Source: Bdellovibrionota bacterium (GTDB lineage: Bacteria; Bdellovibrionota; UBA2428). Taken from it: 64,000 nucleotides of DNA. Below the pieces are notes generated by a model. The model was not told where the DNA came from, made no database searches, and saw only the letters and a program-made list of their open reading frames with translations. The position numbers and the translations under genes were made by a program. Location: positions 1,394 to 65,393 of the forward strand of contig DATLIP010000099.1 in the NCBI GenBank assembly GCA_035539375.1, in the 5' to 3' direction. This document shows positions 61,401-64,000 of this stretch, in pieces. Each line of letters begins with the position of its first letter. Within the stretch, counting starts at the first letter, position 1.

Positions 61401-62289
61401 GGATGGGCAGCTGGCTAAGGTAGCTCTGGCTGTCGAGCTCTAAGAACTTGTGATTTTGGGTTCCCAGAAGTTCCACGCGCTTGGCATAACGCGAAAGGGC
61501 GAGCGAGGTTTGTTCGATGGTCTCGCTGAGTTTGTCGCGCGACTTGCTGTTGAGGAATTTTACCTGCTCGCGGATGTGGTTGGACTCCATGCCCAGGGCG
61601 TATTGCCAGATGAAGACCGTGATCGTGAAGAGCATGGTGGTGATCAGTGTGGGTTGGAGCAAATAGCGGAGCTCTTTTTTTCGGCGTAGCTGAAGGAGAT
61701 TGCTGAGGGTGACAAAGGCACCGAAAAGGGTGAAGTTTGTAGAGGCTGGTACGGACATGTGTACGAAAGAGGTCATGTCGGGGTTGGGTTTCAGACCCAG
61801 CCCGGCGCTCGCCAGCGTTATGATTCCCAGCGACGTGGTGAGGGCACCGAGCAGGGTACGAAAGCGCGAGGCTTCGGGCAGTAGGTAGCACGCGCCGAGA
61901 AGTGAGAGGCCCACCGCCGAGTTGAAGGACATCCGTCCCGGGTGTCCTTGGTAGATAGAGATCAAGCTTTCGCGAAAGAGGGTGTCGATGCCGAGGTTTA
62001 GATTGCCCAAATGTTCCATGAGCGTTGCGACACCGAGTGTGAGGGCGATAGCCGCCAGAGCGCGCGCTTTCCGCAGGCGCCCTTTAATCTCGAGAAGATG
62101 AGCGAAGACCACAAGAGCAAAGCCGAGGGCGGTGTTGAACTGAAAAGGCACCCAAAGTTTCCACATCGAATCGCCAGAAGCATCGACAATGCCGAGGAGT
62201 GTGGGTGCCGACACCAAGAGCACTAAGGTCGGAATGAGGAGGGTGAGGGGAAAATGCTTGGCTTTGATCATCTTAGGTCGCCTTTGCAC
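58411..62289 (-). CDS. Hybrid sensor histidine kinase (membrane N-domain, periplasmic sensor, 2x PAS, HisKA, HATPase_c, degenerate receiver, canonical receiver)
   Basis: H-box FLANMSHEIRTPLNG. N/G boxes are NLVGNALKFT, DTGIGM and GGTGLGLSI. The pseudo-receiver at 58882-59241 has Ser in place of the phospho-Asp (EVVFSGTH). The receiver at 58414-58794 has DLVLMDCQMPEMDG. Confidence 0.92.
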   Translation of the reverse strand: MQRRPKMIKAKHFPLTLLIPTLVLLVSAPTLLGIVDASGDSMWKLWVPFQFNTALGFALVVFAHLLEIKGRLRKARALAAIALTLGVATLMEHLGNLNLGIDTLFRESLISIYQGHPGRMSFNSAVGLSLLGACYLLPEASRFRTLLGALTTSLGIITLASAGLGLKPNPDMTSFVHMSVPASTNFTLFGAFVTLSNLLQLRRKKELRYLLQPTLITTMLFTITVFIWQYALGMESNHIREQVKFLNSKSRDKLSETIEQTSLALSRYAKRVELLGTQNHKFLELDSQSYLSQLPILTRIGVVNERWEVTWSYPEFLSNQVKNFSQATIATRREAFENAKDMHQPSLSRTVKLRSGGIGNILPVALYKNGRATGAIYATVQTQKLFGAVFDARDFFVSVQESGHLVFQQNGKSSPVELLSSKVRLRHGLASWNITIVPTESFVKSRASNIPHILLLAGFLFAFVVGGLLEIASRAQKEKEAKDKQDLLWKRTLLNAASYSIISSDAQGMIQTFNRTASQMLGYSEDEVVGKTHPGIFHDPDEVKARAVQLSRELGFSIEPGFKVFVAKTQLTGATDEHEWTYVRKDGTRLPVSLTVTALHNADGEVTGYLGIAADLTERKKAEEELRITHERLLRVIDSTQEGIWERDFESGEIQFMDDQAKNIFGYAAHENPTFAEVNERVEAADRSKLVRAVEAYVSGASPNIDVEFRVTPGPGCGVRWVRAFGQIVREDGKRQRLVATIGDVTAAVHSRHELLAALDAAETATQAKSAFLANMSHEIRTPLNGIIGMTDLILETKLDHEQRNYAEIVQHSGTALLNLINDILDFSKIEAGRLVLEETPLSLVQVVESQVDILMPKARQKRVGLSAFISPDLPKLVVGDSGRIGQILLNLVGNALKFTQKGGISVRVFNTASENAYSAPRVRFEVQDTGIGMSESTMGKLFRAFSQGENDTSRKYGGTGLGLSICSRLVEAMHGKIGVTSEVGAGSTFWFEIPMTVAQENDAATRSEQVRLLSHLRILVIEDNESVRSSVCSYLKSWSIHNVLFTSLAEAPQKLKALPAAERRFEVVFSGTHSRKSDLRKVLTSLREGYPRLKAVLMADFGKSLKPETLNEHGFDDVVTKPIKQSDLYNAIVRVTAHGENATADTSPRLLSAGSQVNDTVSVGTRILVAEDVAVNQMLVKKILQSFGYTVSVVANGLEVLDALEKMSFDLVLMDCQMPEMDGFEATRRIRDSENERIRTIPIVALTANALSGDDKKCLAAGMDDYLAKPIKKESLRAAIEKWTARQKQAA

Positions 62290-62489
62290 ATGCTGTTTTG
62301 ATCGGTTCTTGGAGGGTGAAACTTAAGAAGGCTAGCAGGTCTTTGAGTGTCAATTTGCCGTCAGCGATCATGTTTCGCTCGCTCAGGAACCTGGAGTGGA
62401 TATTCTCTTTGAGATGGATTTTAATGGGACAAGATTTTAGCAGCGAAGTACCGGTTTGCGACGCTGTGAGATGGGTGGGAGACAAGCAA

Positions 62490-62843
62490 ATGACACCGTT
62501 TGATAGCAGCGTACTTGAAGAACTCAAACAACTCGAAGGCGATCGTTATCCGACGCTTCTGCAGGATTTGCTCGAACTCTATGTCGACTGGGCCCCCGGA
62601 GTGGTGGCAAAGATCGAAGAAGCCGTGAAGACCCAAGATCATCCTACGCTCGAGAGCGAAGCGCATTCGCTCAAGTCAAGCAGCGGCAATCTGGGCGCCA
62701 CCAAACTACAGCAGCTTTGTCATGATCTTGAAAAGTGCGGTGTCAAGCACGACCAGGCGGGTGCTGAGCGCACTTTTGTGCTCTTTAAGAGCGAATGCCA
62801 AAAGGTTGTGGCGGCCGCGCAGGCCCTGCTCGCGAAGTATTAG
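62490..62843 (+). CDS. Hpt (histidine phosphotransfer) domain protein
   Basis: ESEAHSLKSSSGNLGATKL is the H-x-x-K-G/S Hpt signature. SD GGGAG lies 8 nt upstream of ATG 62490. An alternative ATG lies at 62424. Confidence 0.85.
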   Translation: MTPFDSSVLEELKQLEGDRYPTLLQDLLELYVDWAPGVVAKIEEAVKTQDHPTLESEAHSLKSSSGNLGATKLQQLCHDLEKCGVKHDQAGAERTFVLFKSECQKVVAAAQALLAKY

Positions 62844-63000
62844 GGTTATAGAAAGTTGCTAGTGGCTAACCTAAGCCGTTCTGCAGATTAAAAAAACATC
62901 GCAACATCTTTGCTGGGACTCCATCTTTCTCCGCTTTAATGGCGCCTTCGAGATTCTATTCTCGCATTGTTTCAAAACGTATTTTTTTAAAGGAGAAATC

Positions 63001-63558
63001 ATGTCATTAGAATCTATCCAAGACCTCTTAGTCGACGAAGTGAAGGACCTCTACAGCGCTGAGCTGCAGCTCATGGTGGCGCTTCCGAAAATGGCCAAAG
63101 CCGCGAGCAATGCCCAGCTGCGCAGCGGTATCGAAACCCACCTACGAGAAACTCAGCGGCAGGTCTCTCGCCTGGAGCAAGTTTTTGAATTGATGGACGT
63201 GCCCGCCAAGGCCAAGCACTGCAAGGCGATGGAAGGCCTCATCAAAGAAGGCTCCGAAGTGATCGAGGAGAAAAAGGCCGATCCCGCAGTAAAAGATGCC
63301 GCTTTGATCGCGGCTGCGCAAAAGGTCGAGCATTACGAAATTGCCTCGTACGGCAGTGCCATTGCACATGCCAATCTATTGGGACTTGGCAACGTTTCTA
63401 AGGTGCTGGAGCAAACGCTCGTCGAAGAAAAATCTACGGACCAAAAACTCACGAGCCTCGCCGAAGGTCGGGTGAATCTTGACGCTGCAGGAGCCTCTAG
63501 TTCCCAGCAGAGTTCCAAACGACATAGCGTCGAAGGTGGTCCCTCTCCGATGTACTAG
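63001..63558 (+). CDS. Ferritin-like DUF892 (YciE/YciF family) protein, second paralog
   Basis: LLVDEVKDLYSAELQLMVALPKM...HLRETQRQVSRL...AQKVEHYEIASYGS. SD AAAGGAG. Confidence 0.88.
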   Translation: MSLESIQDLLVDEVKDLYSAELQLMVALPKMAKAASNAQLRSGIETHLRETQRQVSRLEQVFELMDVPAKAKHCKAMEGLIKEGSEVIEEKKADPAVKDAALIAAAQKVEHYEIASYGSAIAHANLLGLGNVSKVLEQTLVEEKSTDQKLTSLAEGRVNLDAAGASSSQQSSKRHSVEGGPSPMY

Positions 63559-63572
63559 AGGGTTGTGATGTT

Positions 63573-64000
63573 TTAGGAGGCGCGTTTCTGGCGGTGTCGG
63601 TGTTCCCATGGTGGAATGGCATTCTTGTTTTTCCACAATCCAACCCTGTTAGTTCGCGCCCACGTTTCCAGTTTGTCTAATTTACGTCGGCGATCGGCGG
63701 AGAGTGGGCGGTAGTATTTGCGTGCTACCCATGCGTGTCCACATTTCACCATGTATTCGTTCACGTTGATGGACTCTGATTCATCGATTAAAAAAAGTGT
63801 CGCTAAGGTTCGTCCGTATATATCTCGCCCATGGGTTTCGATTTTAACAAAACGATTCAGGATGAGTTTTTGAAGTTTCCATGTAGCGACGTCTCCCCAC
63901 TCTTGATCACCTTCGGGACAATCGATAGCAAAAAATCGAACGCAGAGGTTTTCTGAAAGAGCTTTGACCAAGATGGTGTCGCCGTCGTAGATGTGCAGCA
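63573..64000 (-). CDS. Thermonuclease (staphylococcal nuclease, SNase-like) family protein; 5' end outside the window
   Basis: The frame is open to nt 64000 (…HIYDGDTILVKAL…). VRFFAIDCPE, YGRTLA and the WARTNRVGLW ending are SNase-family blocks. GC is visibly lower than in neighbouring genes. Confidence 0.8.
   Translation of the reverse strand, partial: LHIYDGDTILVKALSENLCVRFFAIDCPEGDQEWGDVATWKLQKLILNRFVKIETHGRDIYGRTLATLFLIDESESINVNEYMVKCGHAWVARKYYRPLSADRRRKLDKLETWARTNRVGLWKNKNAIPPWEHRHRQKRAS

Noticed and set aside
62863-62878. TGGCTAACCTAAGCCG as a sigma-54 promoter for the second DUF892 gene (63001).
   Set aside because: The GG to GC spacing is 9 nt and neither half-site matches well. I cannot claim this paralog belongs to the sigma-54 module.
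1-64000. Search for mobile elements, prophage genes, tRNA/rRNA genes, toxin-antitoxin pairs or recognisable defence-system genes (Cas, restriction-modification, Abi, CBASS-like and similar).
   Set aside because: I recognised none in any frame. There are no integrase, transposase or recombinase motifs and no tRNA-like cloverleaf in the intergenic regions I inspected. ComM and the SNase-like nuclease occur in ordinary contexts.

Overview
This is a 64 kb chromosomal segment from a GC-rich Gram-negative bacterium. GC looks mid-to-high 50s % by eye. Gene content (TIGR02147-like HTH protein, many lipoproteins, sigma-54 module, pilin-like protein) hints at a Bdellovibrionota or delta-proteobacterial lineage, but that is only an inference. 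No searches were run. All family calls come from motifs I recognise in the translations.

Coding density is high, with about 60 genes. I found no rRNA, tRNA, CRISPR array, transposase or integrase.

Housekeeping genes: uvrA (5' truncated by the window edge), comM/comF, lysA, proC, murI, ldhA, an FKBP isomerase and several HAD hydrolases.

Accessory blocks worth attention:
1. 1.6-13.9 kb: a pilin-like protein, a TIGR02147-like HTH protein, and three tandem lipoproteins. The lipoproteins share two modules I cannot name (a 4-Cys module and a ~170-aa beta-rich domain). Each is fused to a different predicted glycan-active C-terminus. The first two genes also share a conserved ~110-nt leader.
2. 33.7-38.7 kb: a staphyloxanthin-like C30 carotenoid glycoside-ester operon (crtN-DUF2141-crtP-crtQ-crtO). 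It has no synthase gene, and a translationally coupled DUF2141 gene sits inside it.
3. 38.8-43.3 kb: a mucin-like Pro/Thr-repeat lipoprotein flanked by a GT2, a Fringe/GT31-like glycosyltransferase and a secreted NIF/FCP1-like HAD phosphatase.
4. 47.5-50.9 kb: a sensor-less sigma-54 activator. It is flanked by two near-identical, canonically spaced -24/-12 promoters that drive ferritin-like DUF892 and DUF2383-like genes.
5. 58.0-62.9 kb: a hybrid-kinase / Hpt / CheY phosphorelay.

Other items include a Fur-box-controlled Fe(III) ABC transporter preceded by a perfect 58-bp palindrome, a TolC-RND pair with no adaptor gene, and three convergent gene pairs sharing overlapping CTAA stops.

Start codons were chosen by hand from SD context and homology. 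Several are uncertain.
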